This document shows positions 1-12,747 of a DNA stretch of 64,000 nt, piece by piece. The position numbers were made by a program, and so were the translations under genes. The notes under the pieces are model-generated. The model did not search any database. It saw nothing but the letters and a program-made list of their open reading frames with translations, and was not told where the DNA came from. Each line of letters starts with the position of its first letter. Within the stretch, counting starts at the first letter, position 1. The stretch comes from Octopus vulgaris (taxonomy: Eukaryota): the NCBI GenBank assembly GCA_951406725.2, contig OX597826.1, positions 51,956,001 to 52,020,000 of the forward strand, in the 5' to 3' direction.

Positions 1-109
1 TTATAAGTGTTATGTTCTTTTGTAGGAAACATTATTATCAAACCCCACCTAGACTGTTGTTGTCAGTGTGTAAGCAAATTGTTGAACTGGGTAATAGATT
101 TCGAGAGAG

Positions 110-191
110 TCATGGAGGGGTGATAGAGAGTCACCCTGGAAAATGCCACATGAAATTCTTATATCCCCAGTAATAAGAGGTTCATTGTCAC

Positions 192-192
<1 letters not shown>
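110..192 (-). mobile_element. Reverse transcriptase fragment of an R4/Dong-like non-LTR retrotransposon
   Basis: Translates DIRISCGIFQGDSLSPL (RT motif QGDxLSP) and starts immediately at a (TAA)n tract. Confidence 0.7.
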
Positions 193-270
<78 letters not shown>

Positions 271-298
271 CATCATTATTATTATTATTATTATTATT
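193..298. repeat. (TTA)n microsatellite (tail/target of the R4/Dong-like element)
   Basis: Read directly from the sequence. Confidence 0.95.
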
Positions 299-1152
299 CA
301 GTAGTTTTATTTTTATAGCGTGCGTTCACTTCACTACCGAGCACAGCTCTGTGTGCCTTGGGTATGTGCTGTGATTTGTTGCGATGCTCTGATGGTTATT
401 GTATGGAAAGTGTTCTGCGTAGGATGTGTGCAGTGCCTAGTAGTGCAATTTTATGTATGTTATATGTGTTTGTAAGTCCTGGTGTTTTTGTTATGTATTT
501 GTCTGAATATTTTTTTATCATGCCTAATGCACCTACTATGATAGGAATTGTTTCTGTTTTCAGATTCCACATTCTAGTTACTTCTATTTCCAGGTCTTTG
601 TATTTTGAGAGTTTCTCCATTTCTTTTAGAGACACGTTGTCATCAGCCGGTATTGATACATCAATTAGAAAGCATTTTTTTCTTCATGATCTCTGACAAC
701 TATATCTGGTCTGTTGGCCTTAATTTCTCTATCTGTGTGTATCGGCATATCCCAGAGTATGGTTGCTTTCTCGTTTTCTGTGACCTTTTCTGGTGTGTGC
801 CTATACCATCTTTTTTCTGTTGTTATTCCATAATGTTGGCATAGCTTCCAATGTATGTAGGTTCCAACTCTGTCATGTCTGTGAATATATTCCTTCTTAG
901 CCAAGACTGGGCAGCTAGAGATAATATGATTTATTGTTTCTTGTCCATCTCCACATATTCTGCAGTTACTTGTAATATTTCTTTTCATTACATGTTTTTG
1001 GTAATTTCTGGTGGGGAGGCTTTGGTCTTGTGCTGCAATTAAAAATCCCTCTGTTTCTGCTTTGAGTCCTGAGCTTCTCAACCATTGCTGGGATTTTTCT
1101 GTCTATTTCTTTTGCATTTAGTTTAGTCCAGTATTTACCATGAAGGGGCTTT
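299..1152 (-). mobile_element. 5'-truncated R4/Dong-like RLE retrotransposon (C-terminal ORF plus 3' UTR), frameshifted
   Basis: KPLHG, zinc knuckle CRICGDGQETINHIISSC, RHD, endonuclease RPDIVV, EKLSKYKDL and PIIVGALG motifs across frames; trinucleotide tracts on both sides. Confidence 0.9.
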
Positions 1153-1171
1153 TCTTCTTCTTCTTCTTCTT

Positions 1172-1269
<98 letters not shown>

Positions 1270-1318
1270 CATCATTATTATTACGATTATTATTATCATC
1301 ATCATCATCATTATTATT
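1153..1318. repeat. (TTC)n(TTA)n compound microsatellite
   Basis: Read directly from the sequence. Confidence 0.95.
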
Positions 1319-1482
1319 AGCGGCATTTTTTCAAGCTTTACATCCTGAGTTCAAATCCCGCCGAGTTCGACTGTATTTTGTCCATTCGAGGAAGATAAAG
1401 TAAGTACCAGTTGAGCACTGGAGTCGTTGTTATTGAATAGGACTCTCTCCCCGAAAAGTTCAGGCCTTGCGCCAGTATTAGA
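1319..1482 (+). mobile_element. Degenerate SINE family B copy (Meta-domain-like)
   Basis: B-box-like gagttcaaatccc followed by a diverged core ending taagtaccagt. Confidence 0.65.
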
Positions 1483-2109
1483 AATGCTTACTACTGCTAC
1501 TTCTGCCGTTGTTATTATTATCGTTGTTGTTCATAATTAAAAAAAAAAAATATTACCATGATGATGAAGCGGGACATCAGAAGGAGTAATTGTAAATTGC
1601 TATTAATAAGAGTTTTATAAAGGACAACAATATAATATTTTGCAGCTTTGAAAATGGCCGCTGGAAATTATTCTACTCTCATTACGAAGACAAGGAGATA
1701 ATTTGATATGCAACTTGCAAAAACTAGATATTAAGAAGGGATAAAATATCAGGTTTAAAAATAGTTAATGGTGTATAAACGAAACTGAAATGTGTAACAT
1801 ATTTAATAGAATTAAGTATAATCGGCCTTCAGCTAAAAGTATTTGTTCCAGTAACAAAATCCTTTGAGATCCTGGGAGAAATAAAAGAATCGATAGATGG
1901 AAGATAGCAGGATTTATTCAGTACAACTGAACGACCGACATACATGAATTTCGTTGAAATTGTATTTGAACCAGTACTAGCTTGATGATGATGATGATAA
2001 TGATGATGTAACGACTGTGATGGTGGTGGGTACTTTCAGTAGTGCACTTTACATATACACATACGCGCACACACACTGCATGAATGTTGGCTGTCTCTGT
2101 TTCTCTCTC

Positions 2110-2162
<53 letters not shown>

Positions 2163-2432
2163 ATATGTGATAATGTGAGTGTGTGTAATTATATATGAAT
2201 ATATTCATGTATGTCTCTATATATATTTATTGTATAAATATGTGTGTGTATATATATATATATACATATATATGTATGTATATATATATATATGTGTGTG
2301 TGTGTTTATGTGTACACATGTATGCATATATATGTATATATATATATATATATACATGTATATATATATATGTATATGTATATTTCTATGTATATAGATA
2401 TGAATCTGTATATATATGTAAATGTATATTTC

Positions 2433-2485
<53 letters not shown>

Positions 2486-3675
2486 TGTATATATTTATTT
2501 ATTCCTAGTTTTTATGCATGTCTGTAGATCTTTACCCTAGGTTTTATTTGTAGCATTGTTCTCTACGTTATTTGAAAGGTCACAAATGTCGGGTATGCGC
2601 ACACCGTTTACGATCATTGATAAAGTAATTATAGTATATTCTTTATCAGAAGTAAACAGACTGAAGAGTTTTAGGTTTTGAGAAATACGCTTAATCAAAT
2701 TCAGTGTATTTGAAACTATTAAATCAGAAAATCTGTGGGGATAAAATTTAAGAGTAAGGACACTTCAATGTCAACACGGAGTAAGTCTCGTAAAACTGTC
2801 ATATACAAGTTTACAAGACTTGTAAACCTGTTATATACTTTGTGGTATATTATGACTGCAGAACTAAATACTATGACGAAATTTATTAATAAGTACGTAC
2901 CAGGAGCTATGAATGTATTTAACATGTGAATTGGCTTAACCAGTTGTGTTACACCTCTCAAACCTAGCGGGTATTTTAGCAACGTGTTCGTGGATAGTTG
3001 GTGGGTTCGATGTGGTGCTGACGAATGAGCAATAATTCTTAAAATATGCATATACATCAATTACGTATTTTTTCCCTGTTTGATCGCATTGTCTGTATAG
3101 AGATATTCGTTTGCGAATCGTCGTTACTAGCACTTGATGGTTCTGAATTCTATTCAAAATCTATTGAGTGCTAAAACATTGAATATTTTTGTGAATCAGT
3201 AATGTAAATTGAATGACAACGAGAAACCATTGATTTAGTTTATTAAAAGGAAATTCTGTCACCCATTGATTTATATTATAAAAGATTTTTTGTCAGTAGA
3301 CAATATACAGTCTCACATATGCAGCAATGATTTGTTCAACAAATATAGGAACTGTTTGATATAAACAAGAACAGTTAGCATTTCTGTTGGAGTATGTTGG
3401 TGCCGTCATAGAATTTCTCTCAAGTCACATCATAATGCTGAACTGCTTGACTTATTCATGTACTCCTGCATAAAATTGACTGCGAACATAAACGATTTTT
3501 GCTACACAAGTCGTAACGCTTACGTTTAACACAGACACTGAGTTAGTGATTATTAATTCAATCACTCAGTAAATCAAGCAATATTTATCTGTATTTTTAG
3601 TCATTATTCATTTATTTGCGATTAATATTGTGTGAAGTTTGAGGGGAGCAGCATGAAGCCGAGCAGCATGATAAA

Positions 3676-3741
<66 letters not shown>

Positions 3742-4040
3742 TTCGTTTATTTGCCACAAGGGCGGAGGATGAGGAGGACAATATACAAAGACAGACATAA
3801 AGTGTAGGGGTTTACATGTAATGAAATGATTAAAAAAATGAAAGAAAGACAGAAAATATACACAGTATACACTGAAAAAGAAGGGACATATGCATAATAA
3901 AAATAATAATAATAATAAAAATAATAATAATAATAAAAATAATAATAATGATAAAAATAATAATGATGATGATGATAATAATAATAATAATAATGATGAT
4001 GATAATAATAATAATAATAATGATGATGATAATTATAATA

Positions 4041-4087
<47 letters not shown>

Positions 4088-4095
4088 AATCCATA

Positions 4096-4297
4096 AACAC
4101 AAGACCTAAAATTTGGGGAAAAGGGTTGAGTCAATTACATGGATACCAGTATTTCACTGGTATTTAATTTTATCGACCCCGAAAGGATGAAAGGCAAAGT
4201 TGACCTCGGCGGGACTTGAACTGAGAACATGAAGACAGACGAAATACCGCTAAGTATTTTTCCCTGCGTGCTAATGATTCTACCAGCTCACCGCCTT
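4096..4297 (-). mobile_element. SINE family B (tRNA head plus Meta-like central domain)
   Basis: Minus strand reads ggcggtgagctggtagaatc...gccgaggtcaactttgcctttcatcctttcggggtcgataaaattaaataccagt; flanked by AAT/GAT repeats. Confidence 0.85.
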
Positions 4298-4844
4298 AAA
4301 ATAATAATGATGATGATGATGATGATGATAATAAATGCCCTGATGCACTGCTAGGCAGTGGTTCTCATGGCTTCTGATCTTAACTGATTGGAAGTGTTAT
4401 CATGTACATGTTTTACTTGGTATAAAAGATGGGCTACAGCAAATATTCTGCTCAATACCACAGATTTGCTTGTCAGTTGGTTGACCATAACCAGTTGAGC
4501 ATGTCACTTAGTGGCTGATGATATGTGCATCTCTGATCATGAGCAGAAGTAATGGGGGAGCATCATAGTCATGTGTTGAAAGGAATTATTTTGAGGTTTG
4601 AATAAGTTACCTCCGAAAACATGGGTATTCCGTTTGTCATCCTTAAACAGAAATAATTCAGGGACCTTTTGAGTGGTATGGGCAAACTAAATCGAATAGG
4701 CCTTGGGTAGTCAGGACAACATTATCAAATATAGCTTTCTATCCGATATCATTATAATGGTGACTCAACTGGTGTATAAAGTATAAATGAAGGTCTAAAT
4801 GTTTTTAATGTAAATTATATCATTGATTACAGATATATTTTGAA

Positions 4845-4975
4845 AATATAATTTAAAATATTTAATATAATTTAAAATATTTAATATAATTTAAAATATT
4901 TAATATAATTTAAAATATTTAATATAATTTAATATAATTTAAAATATTTAAAATAATTTAAAATATAATTTAAAT
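4845..4975. repeat. AT-only minisatellite, ~19-bp unit aatataatttaaaatattt
   Basis: About 4 exact units plus degenerate ones. Confidence 0.9.
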
Positions 4976-6109
4976 GAAATTTTTAAATATTGAAAAATGT
5001 AATATAAAATTCAAAAGAACGGTTTCCCATCATGGCTACAGTCCAATGACTAAAACAAGAAAAACATAAATTCTTGCTAAAGCTTGTGTTTGTATAAAAG
5101 ATATTTTCAAAATTTTATTATACACAAGGTTAAGAAATAAAACAAGGGAGGCAATAGTTATAATATTTCCATTTCAATTTTAAATATTTTGTGTACCATC
5201 AGCGTTTCATTTGTTTGCCAATTCACCGCTAAGAAATTCTAAACCATTTTATTAAAGTGTGCTTTAAAGTAGATCTATGTATTGTCGCTAGCAGAGAGTA
5301 CTACATAGATGTTTCTACACTGATTCAACTAGAAAATGAGTATCACCTGGAGATCTTTTGCCAATGGACACAGTATCCGTAGGTCAAAAGTTTAAGGACT
5401 TACTCAGATACTAAAATATGACGTAATATAATGTAAGAAAACTTATCGATCTTTAAGCTATTGGATATAAGGAACGATGAATTATGCATGTCTACTTTTG
5501 CAATTTCGAGATCATTGAGGCAATCAACCAGACTGATTGATGCTTTAGAAATTTTCACACCTAAGAGACATGGAATTTCAAATTATTTGACACACCACTA
5601 GTCAGAAAGAGAACATGACAACTCAGGTCGTTTGCAAATATCCTCCAATGTTTTAAGATTATACGCCAGTATATTTTTCTAAGGTACTGGTGCATGTAAG
5701 ATAAGTGTTAATTGAATATTCAAATCAACCGAAGTAATAATTTCTTCGTTTATTTGTGATTGTTTAACGCAAAAAATTCCCACGCTTCAGCACATTCTCA
5801 CGATAATTATTTCTCTCTTGACATGACATAAAAATAGTATATGTGTGTATATATGTGTCTGTGTGTATAAAACTGTGTGCATTAAACAAGTTAGAAAGCG
5901 TTCAAGCAATAATAAAAGGAAAGGAATCAGTAAATTAAATGACGTATTCAAATGACAAGTGAATTGAATTTAACTTAACGTAAGACCTCATATTATCTGA
6001 ATACTTGCTTATCCGCACTACGTGCACGCCCACAAATTATACATATCTATGTGCGTACGAATATGTATCCGTGTTTGTATATGTGTGTGTGCCACTGTAT
6101 AGATGTGTG

Positions 6110-6159
<50 letters not shown>

Positions 6160-6187
6160 ATATGTATATATATATATATGCATGTAT

Positions 6188-6238
<51 letters not shown>

Positions 6239-6255
6239 TAGGTGTATATATAATA

Positions 6256-6287
<32 letters not shown>

Positions 6288-6351
6288 AATTCATGAATAC
6301 TTGATAAATGTAAGCACCTATATATGCCATAGTAAGAGGTGAGAGGATATA

Positions 6352-6595
6352 TGTATCAAATGAAATAAAATGAAAAACCGGACACAAAAGGATGTCGCGG
6401 TACATATGTTTCGAGCTTTATAAAAGAACTTATTCTTACATTAATTTATAATCGACATAACAGATAGTTTAGGGCTTTTAAACTATCTGTTATGGATTAT
6501 ACATTGATGTAAGAATAAGTTGTTTTATAAAGCTCGAAACATGGTACCGCGGCATCTTTTTGTGTTCTGTTTTTCATTTTATTTCATTTGATACA
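6352..6595. repeat. Long imperfect inverted repeat (~118-bp arms), probably a Penelope pseudo-LTR foldback
   Basis: tgtatcaaatgaaataaaatgaaaaa...acagatagttta mirrored by taaactatctgt...tttttcattttatttcatttgataca. Confidence 0.85.
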
Positions 6596-6597
6596 AA

Positions 6598-6759
6598 GGC
6601 CAGGAGTGGCTGTGTGGTAAGTAGCTTGCTAACCAACCACATGGTTCTGGGTCCAGTCCCACTGCGTGGCACCTTGGGCAAGTGTCTTCTGCTATAGCCC
6701 CGGGCCGACCAATGCCTTGTGAGTGGATTTGGTAGACGGAAACTGAAAGAAGCCCGTCG

Positions 6760-6808
<49 letters not shown>

Positions 6809-7010
6809 TTGTGTGTCTGTGTTTTCCCCCTAGCATTGCTTGACAACCGATGCTGGTGTGTTTACGTCCCCGTCACTTAGCAGTTCGGCAAAAAAGAGAC
6901 CGATAGAATAAGTACTGGGCTTACAAAGAATAAGTCACGGGGTCGATTTGCTCGACTAAAGGTGGTGCTCCAGCATGGCCACAGTCAAATGACTGAAACA
7001 AGTAAAAGAA
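6598..7010 (+). mobile_element. SINE family A (tRNA-derived head, CORE-like segment, internal (TA)n(TG)n)
   Basis: Head ggccaggagtggctgtgtggtaag, ccttgggcaagt core, 3' end cagtcaaatgactgaaacaagtaaaaga; about 10 copies in the window. Confidence 0.9.
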
Positions 7011-7557
7011 TATATATATAAAGAGAGGTTTACAAACGAGAAAAAAGCAGTCTTATACGTGACATTATTTATAACATTAAACTCACGCCCAAATGTGAAT
7101 GTCAGTGTGTCACACCTTTTCAACTTTACTCCTAGAAGCAGTAACCCAACATATCATACCATTTTGGTATCAGGCTGAATCTGGGACTAAATTAAAAACA
7201 TTCCAGGCCGAATCTGGACTTAACTCAATAGTAGGAATAACACCAATCCCAACACAAAAAAGGAGAAATTTCGAATGCTAGGAACGCGGGTCAAGTTGAT
7301 TTTTATACCCATAACCTCCTCGAGATGCACGTGCATTTCGGTTTCCGTGACAATTGTTTGCGACTGATAACCACGGCTTTCAACGCAGCTGCGTTTTGGC
7401 GTCTCATTTCAGGAAAAGTTGAAAGGTTTCCTGCTATTTGGGTCTCAGCCATAAACCAGTATGTCTTGGAGTATTTACGCTTACAACCCCGAAATAAATT
7501 TTCAGAATTTACCATATAAAAATGACATTTGAAAATATCGCATTTCTTCTTCGGCGA

Positions 7558-8268
7558 TTCAATGCATAATGAAATCCGTCGGAAGGATAACCCTGAAGAC
7601 AAAAACATTAGAACCTACAGTACAGTAGAAGCCATAGCCGCTTTTAATAAAAAGGAGTACCGGTGGAATGTCCCAGTGAAAACCTCAACAAAATATAAGG
7701 ACAACAGACCTGATATAATGATTTGAGATAGAGAAGAGAAACTACGTACAGTTGCGGAAATTAGCTGCCCAGCGGTTAACATAAAGCTGAATATCAGTGA
7801 AAAGAGGAATACTTACTCTGAACTACTGATAAATCTGTAGCTATTCTCTCCTGATTACAACTTCATGCTTACAAGTGTAATTATTGGGGCCCTGGGATAT
7901 GTAACACACTGCCTAAATACCAATCTTGAGAATTAGGCTTCTCAAAACCAGAAAAGAGAAAGCTAATTCGAAGACTGCAGATCCAATCCATCACTGGAAC
8001 TATAAAAATCTGTAAAACTTTCCAGAAGTTTATCAATTAAATATATATGAGCATGTCCAAGATATGCAACTATATGCATTAGAATGCATACATAAAGCAA
8101 TACATACAAATCTGCACATATACATACATACATACATACATACATACATACATACATACATACCCTGTTGTTGATATTTAAAGAAGGGGCTTTGGATCTA
8201 GTTTAGAAACCGTCTCTTTCTCTGTTGGCAAGAAATCTTGAAATAAAACTGAACAATGACATTCTTAC

Positions 8269-8270
<2 letters not shown>
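7558..8270 (+). mobile_element. 3' fragment of a second RLE-type non-LTR retrotransposon family (decayed)
   Basis: EYRWNVPVKTSTKYKDNRPDIMI*DREEK, EISCPA, VIIGALGYV, GTIKICKTFQKF; (CATA)n in the presumed 3' UTR; right boundary uncertain. Confidence 0.8.
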
Positions 8271-8326
<56 letters not shown>

Positions 8327-8539
8327 CCAATTAATTATAACAATAGTAAAGGGTAAAGTCATAAATAAGGTTTACCAAGTGGTCAGCGCGAAAATAAAAC
8401 CTTATAGGTATAGTGTCTGTTGACGTCTAATTTTCAGTGCGTGGTGAGGCGCAAGCCAAGCCCTTATTTTAAGCCTTATTTTATTTTAATTATGTATATA
8501 ATTATGTATATAATTATTATATATATATATATATATATA

Positions 8540-8946
8540 GGCGCAGGAGTGGCTGTGTGGTAAGTAGCTTGCTAACCAACCTCATGGTTCCGGGTTCAGT
8601 CCCACTGCGTGGCATCTTGGGCAAGTGTCTTCTGCTATAGCCCCGGGCCGACCAATGCCTTGTGAGTGGATTTGGTAGACGGAAACTGAAAGAAGCCTGT
8701 CGTATATATGTATATGCATATATATGTATGTGTGTGTGTGTTTGTGTGTCTCCCTAGCATTGCTTGACAACCGATGCTGGTGTGTTTACGTCCCCGTCCA
8801 TTAGCGGTTCGGCAAAAGAGCGCGATAGAATAAGTACTGGGCTTACAAAGAATAAGTCCCGGGGTCGATTTGCTCGACTAAAGGCGGTGCTCCAGCATGG
8901 CCGCAGTCAAATAACTGAAACAAGTAAAAGAGTAAAAGAGAAAGAG
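8540..8946 (+). mobile_element. SINE family A, full length
   Basis: Near-identical to other family A copies; sits in (TA)n; gtaaaaga tail repeats. Confidence 0.92.
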
Positions 8947-8998
8947 TATATATATTTATATATATATTTATATTTTATACATATTTTTATAATTGTGT

Positions 8999-9030
<32 letters not shown>

Positions 9031-9282
9031 TGTGTGCGAGTGTGCTTATGTTTTTGTGCATGTATTTCATTTATGTGAAACGAATATTTTTGTAGTTATT
9101 TTTTTCAAAGAAAAAGCAAACTCTCATTAGTAATCATGAAAATAAAATTACATTATGACATGAATTTTAGGAACACAACCAAGAATTGTTCGGAATGGAA
9201 TCACTTGAATAACTCATTGAATTTTATACAATTATACTTAGGAGTTCTTATCATTTGAGGTACGTAATAATAAAAATTCAAT

Positions 9283-10110
9283 TCAATGTAATTCTTGGAT
9301 TTGTTGTTGAATACACTCGACGCATTCCCACGAGTGTTGCTTTGGATTTAAATCCAATAGCCACAGCATCATCCTGATTATCTTGCTTTTAATAATTCTT
9401 TCATTATTCTGATGACATGTTTCTGTCGTAATGCAGGGAAATCCAAGATAATCCATGATTCTTGGCATATGGAATCAGAGACGTGTTCTACATCTACTGA
9501 AACCCTATACAGTTCATGATTCCTTTGATATAATAAAATGACTACCAACTTTTCCGAACATACAGCTCTAACCAATGACATTTCCTGGCTACATTTAATT
9601 CTCAGATGTATTCCAACTGAAATCCTTTTTCCTGTACATAGAAGTATGCTTTGTCGTTAAAGCCAATCAAATTTCAGCTTATTCAACCACAAGATTTTCG
9701 ACCATTCTGACGACGTTCGAAGACCATCATGTCTGTCGGTGTTATTAAGAGACATGCGATTTTTCTCTCTTTTATTTCGTTTACGCGCATGACGTCACAC
9801 AAGCTCAAATTACTTTATCGATGCTTGATCTCCATCGTTTAAAATATCAACAACTATCATTTTCCGAGATTTCATTGACAAACTCTGTATATAATTTAGT
9901 CCATACTCTCTGTAGATTTCACGACATCCTTGACCAAAGCAGAACGAAAGATTCACAAATTTCATTAAACGTCTCTCCAGCAAATGACCAGGGATTATGC
10001 AGTATCCAAATATAGGCCCCAAAACTTCATATGCATTTATAAAATCCATAATGGCGCCTGTGACAATAAGCATTTTCCGATACCTATCACAACAGTTCTT
10101 AGAAAGTTAT
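9283..10110 (-). pseudogene. Possible highly decayed hAT-like (hATm/hATx-type) transposase remnant
   Basis: Colinear weak motifs on the minus strand (IVTG..FINAYEVLG, GHLLERRL, DQ, LDFP/CHQNNERIIK) resembling the VNTG..CLLHxNE..PCHTQAVER transposase family; many stops and frameshifts. Confidence 0.35.
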
Positions 10111-10229
10111 GATCAAATAATTAGGAAAAGGAACTCTTACATCTATAGATTATATAAACAGTTGTCAAATGTATTTATTTCTTAAAATTCATTTCTATCC
10201 TGATACACAGTGTGTTATGCATAAATATA

Positions 10230-10276
<47 letters not shown>

Positions 10277-10675
10277 CAATTTAAAATACATTTATCTAAA
10301 TTGTTCCTAAGTTAGGTTTCGTATATTTTTTAACCTTAATAATGTTGTCAGCAATTGTATTAAGCTAATTTAAATGGGTGAATAATTCATTTTTTAATAG
10401 TATAGATTTTGAATTGTAAATGGTTAATTAATCGGAAATTACATTTTATCACCAGGAAAGTCTTGTAAAAACTAAGTGACGAATATATAGATATGTATAT
10501 GTATGTGTGCGTTTGTGTGTATCTATAAATGTATGTAGGTATACGTGTGTGTATGTTTGTATGTATATTTCTACCTACTTATATACTATATGTACTTACT
10601 TATATCTGCATGCATATATATGTATGCACAATAATATATATATATATATATATACATACATACATATATATAGGA

Positions 10676-10810
10676 GGGTTCACGAAAAAAAAAGAAAAGA
10701 CGAAGACAAGTGGTGTAGAAAACAAACAGATGTATTAGTATAGCGCTCAGGAATAGAAAAAGTCTTTTACGTTTCGAGCCTACGCACTTCTACAGAAAGA
10801 GACACAGAAA
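10676..10810 (-). mobile_element. Short interspersed repeat with a hammerhead-like core (Penelope terminus-like); second copy at 48141-48310
   Basis: ~130 bp shared with 48141-48270; minus strand ctttCTGTAGAagtgcgtaggctcGAAACGTAaaag. Confidence 0.6.
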
Positions 10811-10853
<43 letters not shown>

Positions 10854-11506
10854 ACACATACACACACACCCACACACATATATATATAGAGTCACATATG
10901 CCATATGCATGTTTGTGACTGTGTATTTACAGAGGCATACATATATGTGTGTGTGTATGTCAGTGTGTGTATATAAAGAAATAGATAGACAGACAGATAG
11001 ATAGATAGATAGATAGATAGAGAGAGAGCAGAAGAGAGAAAGAGAAAGACACTCATACATATGTGTACGTAAAGACACGCATATTTATTTTCTTCTACTT
11101 ATGCGCACATGCAAACTATATTTTAGATGTTCAAGTTCATTCACATACATACTCACATATTTATAGGGGAATGTCTGTGTATTGCATATTTCTTTTCCTC
11201 TTTTACAATTTGTTGGATAAACACAATGAATGTTCGACATGAGCATATCACATAATACTTAATACCCAAATAAATCAAGATTGATTCGATCTGCTCGAAA
11301 TACTCGCCTAAGCATTATTTCAATATATTCATTTCTCATTTTCGTTATCCATTTTGTGCACATTTGATAGTTTATTGCTTTTTCATTTTAGTTGAATTCT
11401 TACTTTACTCTTTTCACTTTCCAACATACCGAATAATGGATATCCTATCTATTGTTACACACAGCCTTACACAAACACACATGTTTATGCATGTATGTAT
11501 ATATGC

Positions 11507-11617
<111 letters not shown>

Positions 11618-11918
11618 AATGTATGTATGTATGTATGCATATGCACACAGTCACATGTATATAGCTGCATATGCAATGATATATGGGCAATTATTTCAAC
11701 TTAAGTATATACATGTGTATGGATATGTGTTATCAAGGAGAAAATGCATAAAGGTATACACGGGGATATCTAACTAGCTTATATATCATACATACAATAT
11801 ATAGCATGTATCTTAAGACATGCACACTCCCACTTTTGGTATCTTCATTGTATTGCAGTCTGTGTATCACTCTTTGATTTTTTATTCACGTATCTGATAA
11901 GCAATTACTTCGTTCTAC

Positions 11919-12026
<108 letters not shown>

Positions 12027-12063
12027 ATATCTATGCAGTCAGCCACCCACCCATTCATCCATC

Positions 12064-12103
<40 letters not shown>

Positions 12104-12662
12104 TGTCATGTATGTAGATGCATATATGCATGTGTGTGAGTGTACGTGAGTGTGTGTTTATAAAGGTTTGTATATACCAATAAATATTATATTAATCTAT
12201 ATCTGCATATGTATTCATAATATATAAGCAAGCATACACACATTAATCTGCCAATCCGTCCGTCTGTCAGTCTCTGTATATGTATGTATGTTTGTATGTA
12301 TGTATGTATGTATGTATGTATGTATGTATGTATGTATGTATGTATTATGTATGTATGTATGTATGTATGTATGTATGTACGCACGTACGTACGTACGTAT
12401 GTATGTATTTGTGGTTGCATATATAGTATTATACGAAATATTTTAATATTTAATTATATGTGCGTGTGAATGTAAATATGTATGTTTGTATATACGCTTA
12501 TAGATTTTATATACCTATAAATATTATGTTTATGTATAAATATGCATATATATATATATATTTATAATACACAAGCATAAGCACATTAATCTACCTGTCT
12601 GTCTGCCTGTGTTTTTCTCTATTAATCTGTCTCTCTCTCTCTTTATATATATACATACATAC

Positions 12663-12747
<85 letters not shown>

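Noticed and set aside
2179-2540. YIYI/VCVC/HTHT-type ORFs here and throughout the window
   Set aside because: Translations of (TA)n, (TG)n and (CATA)n microsatellites with no coding signal.
4336-4690. Complex segment after an AAT/GAT tract, probably an interspersed repeat (likewise 17446-17592 and 46718-46808)
   Set aside because: Single copies in the window with no diagnostic motif, so they cannot be classified without a search.
4845-4975. Regular short repeats as a possible CRISPR array
   Set aside because: No spacers, AT-only unit, eukaryotic context.
6574-6846. Recurrent peptide LLSVSVYQIHSQG..EDTCPRCHAVG in several ORFs, resembling a gene family
   Set aside because: Antisense translation of SINE family A.
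8540-8610. tRNA-like sequences with A and B boxes
   Set aside because: SINE heads running into SINE bodies; no complete cloverleaf.
8895-8925. SINE A 3' stem-loop followed by GAAAC as a hammerhead
   Set aside because: No CUGANGA core upstream; better explained as a LINE-recognition hairpin.
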